A stretch of DNA of 64,000 nucleotides from a virus (Duplodnaviria > Caudoviricetes), in IMG/VR virus record IMGVR_UViG_2867988698_000004, positions 32,001 to 96,000 of that record; one strand, given 5' to 3'. The position numbers were made by a program, and so were the translations under genes. Shown piece by piece: positions 37,849 to 47,400 of this stretch (its first letter is position 1; each line of letters opens with the position of its first letter). The notes beneath the pieces are model-generated. The model searched no databases. It saw only the letters and a program-made list of their open reading frames with translations, and had not been told where the DNA came from.

Positions 37849-38227
37849 CGTCCGGCGACGTCTCGCCCAGGCCGCCCGGGTGTGGCTGCGCGCCGATGAG
37901 GATGCGGCCCGGCAGGTGACCACCCACGGCGTCTGGCAGGCGCCCATGCCCGCCGTCCCGCTGGCCGGGGAGGAGCCGGAGATGGTCGCCGTCTATGGGA
38001 AGGACTGGCCCTGGCTGGAGGCCGCCCGCTGCATCAGCCCCGGCGACGCCCGGCACATCGCACGTCACCACCCCGCCAGGGTGCTGGCCGACGTGGAAGC
38101 CCTGCGACAGGTGGTCGCGCTGTGCGAGACGGAGACGGCGGAGACGGATGGGCTGCCGCTGGCGATGCGGATCCTGGAACTGCTGGCCCGGGACAACACG
38201 GCCCGCCAGGAGCAGCCGGTCCGGTAG
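37841..38227 (+). CDS. DUF6221-like hypothetical protein
   Basis: HIARHHPARVLADVEA motif. Confidence 0.65.
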   Translation: MDDVRRRLAQAARVWLRADEDAARQVTTHGVWQAPMPAVPLAGEEPEMVAVYGKDWPWLEAARCISPGDARHIARHHPARVLADVEALRQVVALCETETAETDGLPLAMRILELLARDNTARQEQPVR

Positions 38228-38387
38228 CGATGGTGGCGCATCCATAGGCGGCGCAACCGGTAGCCGCAGCCCTCAGTCGCTCCCGTGCCGAAGAACTGCT
38301 CCCGGCCACATGGGGCTCGAGTCGCAGGTATGAGGCCCCTGCGCAGGTGTCCGCCCCCAGGTCTGTATAGGAGAGGCTGGGCGCGGG

Positions 38388-38744
38388 CTACTCCTCGCTG
38401 TCCGGGTGTGCCTGGCGCTGGTGGGAGCGGAGGGCGCGTTCACTGCCGAAGTCGCGGGTGCAGACGCCGCACACCAGCCGACCGTCGTCCTGGACGCTGG
38501 CCGTCTCCTCCCGGACGGCCTCCTGTGGCTCCGACTGGGGCTCCGGCTGGGGTGCGGGTACATACGGCTGGCCCTCGACGCGGGCGTCGAGCAGCAGTTC
38601 CTCCGGAACGTGCTCGAACAGGTCGGCGGGGACGGCGAACTCGTGCGGTGAGACGGTGCGGATCTTGGGGGTCTGGGAGACGGCCCAGCGGGCGAAGTCG
38701 CGGCGCCGCTGGGCGGCGGGCTGGACGCGGATCACCGCAGCCAC
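38388..38744 (-). CDS. Small protein with C-terminal C2H2 zinc finger
   Basis: CGVCTRDFGSERALRSHQRQAH; GGAGG RBS. Confidence 0.7.
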   Translation of the reverse strand: MAAVIRVQPAAQRRRDFARWAVSQTPKIRTVSPHEFAVPADLFEHVPEELLLDARVEGQPYVPAPQPEPQSEPQEAVREETASVQDDGRLVCGVCTRDFGSERALRSHQRQAHPDSEE

Positions 38745-38760
38745 GGCATCCTCCATGTCA

Positions 38761-39618
38761 TCAGGGGCGGACAGAGACGCGAATGGCGCAGACGGTGCAG
38801 GTCGTGGCGGGGACGTAGGTGCGCTCGGCCAGGACACGCCGGTCGTTGTACCTGCGGTCGATGGAGGCGCCGGGACGGTCGGGGATGACATCGATCGGGC
38901 CGCGCCGCACCACCACCGGCCCGGAGGCATACAGCCACACCTCCCCCGCCGGTGCCGGTGTCCCGTCCGGCCCGCTGTTGACGGCGGAGTAGCCGGAGCC
39001 GACGATCACGCAGTTCCCCGCCAGCGTCCGCAGGCTGGCGCCGTCGCGGTGGGCGAGGTTGCAGCAGCCCAGCAGCGCCGCCGCCCCCGCCGGCACATGC
39101 AGGGTCCCGATACCGCCGTACAGCTCGGCCAGGCAGCCCTCCAGCGCGGCGACGCCCTCCGCCAGGGACACCGCCCCCGCGGCGGGGGTCAGGTCCGCGG
39201 CGCGGGGGGCGAGGTGGTAACGCCAGAACGCGGACTCGACCGCCTGCTGCTCGCCCAGCTCCAGGGCGGCGCGGACATGAGCGACGGCCTCCTCATAGGA
39301 CCAGCCGGGGGTGGAGCACTCCACCCCCGTATAGACCGTGACCGGCTGGGCCGCCTCGGGGAGGGGACGGCAGAAATGCTTGCCCCCCGGCGGAGCGCCG
39401 GGCGACTCCGCCCCCGGGGACTCCTCCCCCGGGGATTCCTCGGGCGGGCACCAGTCGGTGTCCAGGACCGGGCAGCACCCGAGCGCCATCCACTCCACGC
39501 CGAGCAGCTCGTGCGGGTCGGTGACGTCGAGCACTGTGGTGCAGCCGCCGAGGATCCCGTACGGCAGCGGCCTGCCGCCGATGGCCTCGACCCGGCGCTG
39601 CATACCGGCCGGTGGCAT
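38761..39618 (-). CDS. Second capsid protein (pentamer-type)
   Basis: PLPYGIL, GEQQAVE, YASGPVVVRR, LAERTY; directly after the large capsid gene. Confidence 0.7.
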   Translation of the reverse strand: MPPAGMQRRVEAIGGRPLPYGILGGCTTVLDVTDPHELLGVEWMALGCCPVLDTDWCPPEESPGEESPGAESPGAPPGGKHFCRPLPEAAQPVTVYTGVECSTPGWSYEEAVAHVRAALELGEQQAVESAFWRYHLAPRAADLTPAAGAVSLAEGVAALEGCLAELYGGIGTLHVPAGAAALLGCCNLAHRDGASLRTLAGNCVIVGSGYSAVNSGPDGTPAPAGEVWLYASGPVVVRRGPIDVIPDRPGASIDRRYNDRRVLAERTYVPATTCTVCAIRVSVRP

Positions 39619-39646
39619 CCGCCCACCTCCTCACATGGGGATTTGG

Positions 39647-39678
39647 CGCCGGGGCACGGGGCGGTCCGCGCCCCGGCG
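39647..39678 (-). terminator. 13-bp stem-loop between the two capsid genes
   Basis: Minus strand CGCCGGGGCGCGG-accgcc-CCGTGCCCCGGCG (one G-U pair). Confidence 0.65.
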
Positions 39679-39698
39679 TTCCTGAGGGTCACGGGGGG

Positions 39699-41393
39699 TC
39701 AGGCGATGGGGCAGGTGATGCCGATCTGCTCCCCGGTACGACCGTCGGGGCAGACCGGGACGGTGACGATCCGCGCCTCGTCGTTGCGGGCGATCAGGGC
39801 CACGCACTCCTCGCTGAACAGCGCGGTGTAGTCGTTGGTGGAGAACTTGGCGCTGTCGTGGATCACGCCCAGGCTGATCTCGCCACCGCGGCCGGCCTCG
39901 AAGGTCCCGGCCGGGTAGATGAGGAACCGCATCTGCGCCGGCCAGTCCGCCGCGGGGGTGGCGCCGCCGATGTCGGTGGGCACGGCCGGGCCCAGGCCCC
40001 GCGCCCACTGGACGGACACGCCCAGGCGGGCGAACGCGTCGATGATGCACTGCGGGGAGACGTCGCAGGCGGAGACGCCGTTCTGCCGGGCGATGTCGGC
40101 GAGCATCAGGCCGCGGCTCCACCAGGGGAAGACGACCTCGATGTTGATCGACTCGCACAGCGACAGCCGCTCGGTCATGTCGGCGGCCTGCAGCGCGACC
40201 GCCGCGAAGATCGCGGAGAACGCCCCGAACGTCGCGGGGATCGTGACCGCTGTGGACTGGGCGACGGCCTTGGTGAACAGCTCCTGCTTGATCCGCATCT
40301 CGTGCGCGATCATCGCGAGCCGCTGGTAGTGGGCGACCAGCTCCGGGAAGTGCCGCTGCGTCAGGATGCCGGACTCCAGGCAGACGCCGACCGCGTCGCA
40401 GCGGACCTCGACGGGGTCCGGGCAGGGAATCTGAAAGCACGGCTTGGTCGCGCCGGAGATGTCGTCGGCCTCGGTGTGCACCCAGGTCATCGCCCCGACG
40501 TCCAAGCTGGGCATCGGAAAGAACCGCAGGCCGCCGCGGGCGAGCTGAATCTCCGGCAGGTCCCACAGCATCTCCGGGCACGCCATCGACGTGAGGCTGT
40601 AGACGGTCTCGGAGGGGGCGCACCAGCCGCCGGAGGCGACCAGGTCGCCCTGCGGCAGGCGGGACTGGTCCGCGGCCAGCACCACCGCGCGGGTGCCCTC
40701 CGTGCCCGAGCTGGAGTCGTTGATGATCAGGGACTTGTCGAACGGCAGCCGGTAGGAGGCCGTCAAGCCCACACCGCCGCCAGCGGTCTTGAGGGCGTTG
40801 GCGCGGCGGATGATGCCCTCGGTGACGCCCTCCATGTCCAGGGGCTGACCGGGCTGGTAGCCGGGCACGTCCACCGACGCGGTGATCTCCGGCCCGGCTG
40901 GGGTCGGCTCGGGCAGGACGCGGGGCTGGCGGGCGCGGACGCGGGACAGGTCCAGGACGGCGCGGCGCGGCCCCCCGGTGGAGGCGACGACGGTGCCTTC
41001 CTTGACCTCTCCCTCCGGCTGCGGCTCCTGTGCGGTGGTCTCGCCGCCCTCGGCCTCGCCGGTGCCGTCGCCGGCGTCGCCGTCGTTCTCACCCTCGACG
41101 TCGTTCTCGCCCTCGGGTTCGGTGGCGTCGCCGGGGTCGTCCTCGCCGCGGACCTCTGCCGCCAGCTCGTCGATCTCGGCGGCGGCCGCGGCGGCGGCCT
41201 CCAGGCGGGCCTTCTTCTCGGCGCGGATGGCCTTGACGGCGGCGGTGAGCTGCCGCATGTCGGCCAGATCGCGGTCGCTGATGGTGGTGGCGCTGGCCTT
41301 GGCGTCGAACTGCTGGACGGCGCTGGCGAGGAGCGCGTCCAGCTCCTCGTCCGTCAGGGTGGTGTAGTCGTCGGGGAGTTCGAAGCGATCCAT
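39699..41393 (-). CDS. Major capsid protein (hexamer-type, N-terminal scaffold-like extension)
   Basis: Acidic coiled-coil N-terminus; LVASGGWCAPSET, LPEI..RGG, KPCFQIPCP, NDYTALFSEE. Confidence 0.88.
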   Translation of the reverse strand: MDRFELPDDYTTLTDEELDALLASAVQQFDAKASATTISDRDLADMRQLTAAVKAIRAEKKARLEAAAAAAAEIDELAAEVRGEDDPGDATEPEGENDVEGENDGDAGDGTGEAEGGETTAQEPQPEGEVKEGTVVASTGGPRRAVLDLSRVRARQPRVLPEPTPAGPEITASVDVPGYQPGQPLDMEGVTEGIIRRANALKTAGGGVGLTASYRLPFDKSLIINDSSSGTEGTRAVVLAADQSRLPQGDLVASGGWCAPSETVYSLTSMACPEMLWDLPEIQLARGGLRFFPMPSLDVGAMTWVHTEADDISGATKPCFQIPCPDPVEVRCDAVGVCLESGILTQRHFPELVAHYQRLAMIAHEMRIKQELFTKAVAQSTAVTIPATFGAFSAIFAAVALQAADMTERLSLCESINIEVVFPWWSRGLMLADIARQNGVSACDVSPQCIIDAFARLGVSVQWARGLGPAVPTDIGGATPAADWPAQMRFLIYPAGTFEAGRGGEISLGVIHDSAKFSTNDYTALFSEECVALIARNDEARIVTVPVCPDGRTGEQIGITCPIA

Positions 41394-41416
41394 GAGGCGG
41401 GTTCCCTCACATCGAA

Positions 41417-41450
41417 CCCGGCCCCTGGCCAGCGGCTACGGATCATGGTA
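41417..41450 (-). promoter_or_regulatory. Leader motif copy 7
   Basis: -10 TACCAT; 23 nt before the capsid ATG. Confidence 0.8.
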
Positions 41451-42058
41451 GCCGCAGGTGTCCGCCCGTGGCCGGATGCTGCGCCGACGCGCCTGGGCCG
41501 ACGTCCCTGCGGCGCGTGACGGGACCGGGGCGTCCCGGCGAGGGCCGGCGGGGAGGACGCCGGGGCTCCTCAAGGGCGTCGAAGCCTCGGGCGTCGTCAC
41601 CTACCGGCAGGCCCATGACCTGCGGTGACAGCAGCAACCTGGAGGATGGCTAATTTACAGGGGCGTAGGAGAACCACAAGGAAAGACCTACCAGGTTGCT
41701 ACTCCCCAGGGGGAGGGGGCACCTATTCCTGGAGGTGGGGAGGCAACCATTCCCCGGGAACGGAAAGGTCGCTATTCTCCGGGGGTGGGGATGCGCCCTA
41801 TAGGAAACGGGTCCCCCTCGACCATTACTTGCATAATCCCCCAGACGCATATTGCCGAATACGACCGGAGGGGGATGTGGGGAACTGTGCGGTGTTCAGA
41901 GCATGTAGATAACGCCAGTGCTAGCATCGAAGCGCGCAGGTGAACACCGTCAAGGCTCTGACCTGCGCAAACACGAAGCCGGCCCCGTGCCCCGGCATGG
42001 ACAGTGGGGAGCACGGAGCCGACCGCGTGGGGCGTTGGGTGGCCTGCCGGCTCGCCGG

Positions 42059-42190
42059 TCAGGCCCCCAGCGCCCTCAGGAGGATCTCGATCACCCTCAA
42101 TCCGGTGTCGATGGCCGCAACCCACAGGGTCAGCAGCGCCACGTCCCGCCACCAGGGCTGATCTCGTCCTCCCTCAGGCGACCTCTGCAT
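42059..42190 (-). CDS. 43-aa hydrophobic peptide (below the ORF-track cutoff)
   Basis: MQRSPEGGRDQPWWRDVALLTLWVAAIDTGLRVIEILLRALGA; GAGGAG about 14 nt upstream. Confidence 0.4.
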   Translation of the reverse strand: MQRSPEGGRDQPWWRDVALLTLWVAAIDTGLRVIEILLRALGA

Positions 42191-42777
42191 CTGGGACACG
42201 CCCAGCTCCTCTCTGGCCAGGGGTGCCAGTGGACGGCACCCGGTCTGCCGACGCCATCCAGCCCACAGGTCGAATGACGTCGGCCCGGCCCTCCCTCGGG
42301 CATGCGCTCAAGGGGCGGACCGAGATCAGCTGCCAGTCGAGGTCGCCTCACCGCGTGAGTCTAGCGACCGATCCCATCGATATCTGTCTCTACTCGAGAA
42401 GATTCGTGGCGCATACATGGGCCGTCCTGCAGCAGTTATGCACTTGGGTTAGCAATTAACGCGCAATGCAGGGAGGGCGGCGATGGACGAACCACCGATC
42501 CACCTGCGGAAACCGTCCAGGCTGGCGCCGGGAGGACCGGGGCACCTCCTCCCTGCGCCGACACGCTCAGATGTTGACCGGCTCGCAGGACAGGGTGCGG
42601 CTGCCGCCAGCGATGAGGCCGGGATGCCCCAGACGAGCACCGCAGCAGAGAGCACCCGGGCCGTACGCGGCACCGGATGCCCTCCAGATGGCTGCTGTTG
42701 TGGACGGGCGGCCGGGGGCGTGCTCTTCTCCCGGAAGGTCGCACCCTCGTGGCAGGTGCGTCGCGCCTCACCGCATC

Positions 42778-44118
42778 TCAGTCGCCGTCCTGTTCAGCCT
42801 CCCCATGGCCTTGCTCGTGCCTATCTCCCCTGCGGTCCTGCTCGCCGTCGTCGCCGGAGTCAGGCCGGGTCTGCCACATCTGCCGCAGGTACTTCTGCAT
42901 GGCTGGGGAGTCGGGGTTCTCCAGGAGCTGCTGACGCCGCATCATCGCAACCTGCTGTACGAGATCCCTCCAGGGCATGGTCATCTCGTTGTACGCCCGT
43001 ACGCCCTCAAGCGCCTTCTTGAAGATGGAGAGGGTATGCGCGATGTCCTCCATGTCAACGGAGGCGTTCAAGTGGCCAGTCACGGCGGCAATCATGAAGC
43101 CTGCGTCCCTCAGAGCGTCACTGTCGATGCCCATGGTGAACGCCCACCCGTGCGGGGCATCTATGGCGCTGATCTCGTGGTCAGTGATGCGGTCCCGCTC
43201 ATCGGTGGTGACCAGCCCGGACACCTGAACAGGCCGGGGGGCCTGGATGGCCTGGGGCTCGTCGGCGGGCTCGGGCACCAGCAGGTCGATGGTGGCGGTG
43301 AACGTCCAGACAGTGCCGCGGTCGACGCGCCCCTGCTCCTCCACGGTGACCTTCGTGTGGTCGAACCTGACCACGGCCCCCCGACGCTCCAAAGCAGAGC
43401 CGACGCTGTCCAGGAACGCCGGCAGCACCGTGTCGATGACGTACTGACTGATCGTCTTCGTGCACAGCTCCAAGCGGCCCTGGGACAGGTCGCCGTGGAT
43501 GCCGTTCTCGGCGAGGAGATCGAGGGCGAGCCGGACCTCGCTGGGGTAGAGGTTGATCCGGTCCACGACGCCGGCGGCCTCGGCCTCCCGGAGCAGGTCC
43601 GGGTGGAACGACCTCTTGCCTTCCTTGCCGTCGCCGCAGAAGTCGCCGTCATCGGAAACCCAAACGATCCGGCGGTCGGGGTTGGCGCGGGCGGTCTCCA
43701 GGATGGTCAGCCAGTTGAGGGTGTCGCGGTAGCCATTGCCGTCCTTCTTGCAGGGCTTGCGGCGCTCGACCTGGCGCCGCACCAGCTCCAGGTGGGGCAC
43801 CGGGACGGGGTCGATGAGGGTCGCGCCGGCGGCGGCGATGGCGTCCGTGACCTCTTGGACGAGCTGTTCGGCGCGTTCCCGGAGGTCGTCGGCGGCGCGG
43901 CGGAGCGCCCTGCTCCTGCGTTCCTTGGCCAGCTCCTCGACGGCTGCGGCGTCGTCACGGTAGCGGCGGCGTAGACGGCCGGTGGCCTCCAGCAGCGATA
44001 CCTGGGGCACGCGCAGCTCGATCCCCCATGGCTCGGCCTGCCCGAGGATGATCTTCCAGGAGACGGAGTCCAGCCACGGATTCTGTACGAGGGCGTTGGC
44101 GTCCAGCAGCACTATCAC
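42778..44118 (-). CDS. PIN-domain protein (PIN_12/DUF4935-like)
   Basis: VLLDANAL, SLLE, GYRDTLNW, VSDDGDF; GGGAGGAG RBS. Confidence 0.82.
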   Translation of the reverse strand: MIVLLDANALVQNPWLDSVSWKIILGQAEPWGIELRVPQVSLLEATGRLRRRYRDDAAAVEELAKERRSRALRRAADDLRERAEQLVQEVTDAIAAAGATLIDPVPVPHLELVRRQVERRKPCKKDGNGYRDTLNWLTILETARANPDRRIVWVSDDGDFCGDGKEGKRSFHPDLLREAEAAGVVDRINLYPSEVRLALDLLAENGIHGDLSQGRLELCTKTISQYVIDTVLPAFLDSVGSALERRGAVVRFDHTKVTVEEQGRVDRGTVWTFTATIDLLVPEPADEPQAIQAPRPVQVSGLVTTDERDRITDHEISAIDAPHGWAFTMGIDSDALRDAGFMIAAVTGHLNASVDMEDIAHTLSIFKKALEGVRAYNEMTMPWRDLVQQVAMMRRQQLLENPDSPAMQKYLRQMWQTRPDSGDDGEQDRRGDRHEQGHGEAEQDGD

Positions 44119-44192
44119 GACCGTGGATTCTCCTCCCCCAGCGGGGGGCGTGGAGGGCGAACACGCGAACCTGCATGGCGGCGTGGACGTGG

Positions 44193-44230
44193 CGACGACC
44201 CCCGCCCGTCAGATGGGGCAGGGGCCGTCG
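44193..44230 (-). terminator. Stem-loop after the head operon
   Basis: CGACG-CCCC-GCCC / GGGC-GGGG-CGTCG inverted repeat. Confidence 0.55.
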
Positions 44231-44246
44231 AGGCTGCGGCGTGGGG

Positions 44247-44438
44247 TTAGCTCGTGGCGGTCGGCCGGGCGGGCTGGGCGGCGGGGGTGGTCTTGCCCTT
44301 CTCCCGGACGACCGCGCCCGGGTACCGCTTGGCGACCGCGTCGGCGGCGGGCTTGCTGGGGCTGGTCAGCTTGACCGCGCCATCGGGGGTGACGACCTCG
44401 TACTGGGTGCGGTTGCGCTGGCTGCAGGAACAGGCCAT
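44247..44438 (-). CDS. Small head-module protein (MACSC...)
   Basis: AAGGAG RBS; MACSC start and YEVVTPDG. Confidence 0.75.
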   Translation of the reverse strand: MACSCSQRNRTQYEVVTPDGAVKLTSPSKPAADAVAKRYPGAVVREKGKTTPAAQPARPTATS

Positions 44439-44439
44439 C

Positions 44440-47400
44440 TCAGACTCCTTCGTGGATCTCGGCCGCCAGGGAGGCGACCAGTTCGGCTCGGACCGGCTGC
44501 AGGGAGGCCTCCAGCTCGGCGATCTCCCGGCGGGCCTGCTCGCGGCGTTCCAGCTCGTCGGCCACCGCGGGGACCAGCGTGGGCATGAGCGCGGCCACTA
44601 GCTCCGGCGCCAGGGCGGCGGCCAGCCCCTCCACTCCCGCCGGCGTCCCGGCCGAGGCTCCGGCCGGTTCCTGGGTGGGGGCGCTGGAGGCGGTCAGCGC
44701 GAGGTTCGAGCGGGAGATCACCGCGCCGATCGCGGAGGCGGCCAGCGGGGTCGGGTAGCCGGGGACGGGCACCGACAGGACGGCCCGCAGGGACCAGCGG
44801 CCGTCCGCGTTCTGCCGCCAATGCCCGGAGGGCGCGCACGCCTGGAAGACGGCCCGGTCCCACTCCGACAGCCAGGGGGCGGCGGCTCCGGAGAACCACA
44901 TGCCGCGGTCGTTGGTGCCGACCGTGACCAGCCCGGCGACCGTCCGGGTGTTGTCGAACAGCGCGCGGACGCTGGGGGTGTCGGTGCCGTCGTTGTCGTG
45001 GCCGGTGTTCATGGTGAACACCCCGACCCGGATGGTCTGCCCGTCATCGAGCTGGATCCGGGACCGCAGGAAGTGCGTGGTGTCGACGTCCCCCAGGGAG
45101 TCGATGGTCAGGCACTGGCCGGAGTAGCCGTCATGGCACACCCCCTTGCGGGCGACCCAGCCGAAGATGCGGCCCTCGGGGGTGACGTGCACCGGGCCGT
45201 CGTCGGTGGGCAGCTCCTCCGGCGACGGCTCGGCGAACCATGCGGCCGGCAGCGGCGGAAGCTGCTGGAACTGCGCCCACGCCGAGGCCATCACCTCGTC
45301 CATCCCGTCCCCCTCCTCGTCCTCATCACGGTCCTCATCGCGGTCCTCGTTTTGGTCCCAGGGGGCGCGCAGGCTCGGGTCGTCGAACTCCTCGGCCAGC
45401 CGCTCGTACAGGTCCTCCACCCGGTCCCGCAGCCGCTCAACGTCCTGGTCGGGGATGTCGACGCCGCCGCGGCCGCCCTGCAGCACGTTCGCGACGGCGA
45501 ACACGCTGCGGGGGATGATGCGGAGCTGGTCGTCGTCCCACACGTCGGCGACGCCGAGCTTGTAGGCCGCCAGCGTCGCCGGGTCGGCGGACTCGTCCCG
45601 CCACAGGAACGCCCGTCCCAGCGCGTCCGGGTCCACCTCGCCATCCGGGCCGGTGGCGTACTCCAGGACGCGGGAGGCGGCAGCGTCCCCATCCCAGGGG
45701 TGGTCGCGGTCGGGGTGGATCGGCAGGTCCAGGTCCCCGCTCATGGCCGCCACCACCTCCCCCGGCCGGGCGGCGGCGGTGGTCTCCCCCTCCTCGGGGA
45801 ACGTGGCGGCGCCGGTGTAGCGGCCCGGGGAGACGCGGGTGATCCATCCGGCCTGTGCCGCGCGGGCCAGGTAGCCGCGGGCGCTGGCCACGCTCAGGCC
45901 GGTGTAGCGGGCGACGTAGGCGGCGCCGACCGGGGCCGGCGCGGAGGTCACCAGTTCCACGACGCTGCGCATGGTCTCGCCGCGCGGCCCGGCCGCTGCG
46001 GTCACCTCCTCGTCGAGGACGATGCGGGCCCGGTCGAACGCCGGCATCGCCACGAGGGTGGCGCCGCGGACGCGGGCGCGGGTGATCCGCATGACGTAGT
46101 CCCCGGCGCCCTCGCTGAACAGCACCTCACCCTCGCCGCTGTCCCGGTCCCCGGCCGCTGCGGACAGGGCGGCGGCGGGGAGTCCGGCGGCGGACAGGGC
46201 GGCGGACAGGCCGGTGGGGGTGACGTCTCCGGCCTCGCCTGTGGTCCACTCGACGGTGCGGGTGGCGCGGATGGTCCAGGTGCCGTCCGGCCGCTGCAGC
46301 ACCTGCGCGCTGGCCAGGGACGCCAGCAGCACCGGCGCCCCCTCCCCCTCCTCCTGTTGCTGTTCGTCGTGCTGGGTGGGGGTGCGGCGGTCGATGACCT
46401 CCACGTCCACGTCGTCCAGGTCCACCGACACCCCCAGCGGGGCGCCCCGCCGCAGCAGGGCGAGGGCAGCGGCTCCGGCGTCCCGGTCCGGGTACAGCAC
46501 GCCCGCGCCGGTGATGCGGGCGCCGTCGCGGCCCAAGGACTCGATCGACCCGGCGAGGACGGCGCCCTGGTGGCCGCCGAGCATCTCGTCGGCGAACTGC
46601 AGCGGCCACGGCCCCTCCGCCCAGTAGAGGGCTCCGGGGGCGAACAGGCGGCCGTCGCCGGTCTCCTCGTCCTCGAACGCCAGGGCGGTGCCGTCGGGGG
46701 TGGACCAGCGCACCGCCCCCGCCATGGCGGGCAGGTCGAGGTCGAGGCGGCCGGTGAGGGGGATGTCGGTGGCCTCGCCGGCGAACGCCACCCGCACCCG
46801 GTCGAAGGTGACGTCCCCGACCCGCTGGGCGACCTCGGCCAGCCGGGACAGGTCGGGGCTGTAGGCGAGGGTGACGTGCGGGATCCACGGCTCGTACTGT
46901 TCCGGCAGGCCGTCCGGTCCGTACTCCCCGACCGCCTCGCAGACGGCGTCGTGGACCATCGCCAGGCCGGTGCCGGACAGGCCCAGCACCAGCGCCGTCT
47001 CCTGCTCTGAGTCGCCGCCGGGGTTGAACGCGGACGCGGCGAAGGCGCGGGCCTGCACGGGCGGGTGGGTGGCGGTGTAGGCGGTGACGAGGTCGATGAG
47101 CCGGTCCCGCTCCTCGGGGGTGAAGTCGTCGCCGTTGCCGAGGTAGTAGAGGGTGGCGTGCAGCTGCTCGGGCGGCTCCCCGCCGTCGAGGGCCAGGCGG
47201 GCGAGGTCGTCGTCGCTGGGGATGAGCGCGATCATCGCCCCGCTGTAGGAGCCGGCGGCGGTCACCTCCTGGCCGTCGTCGGGTGTGGCTGCTGCGGTAT
47301 GGGCGGTACGCACGGTCCCTCGCTCCTCGTAGTGCTTGATGACCTCGGCGATCTGCTGGTCGGTCAGGTACTGGCGGCCCGCGTCGGGCGGTGGCCATGA

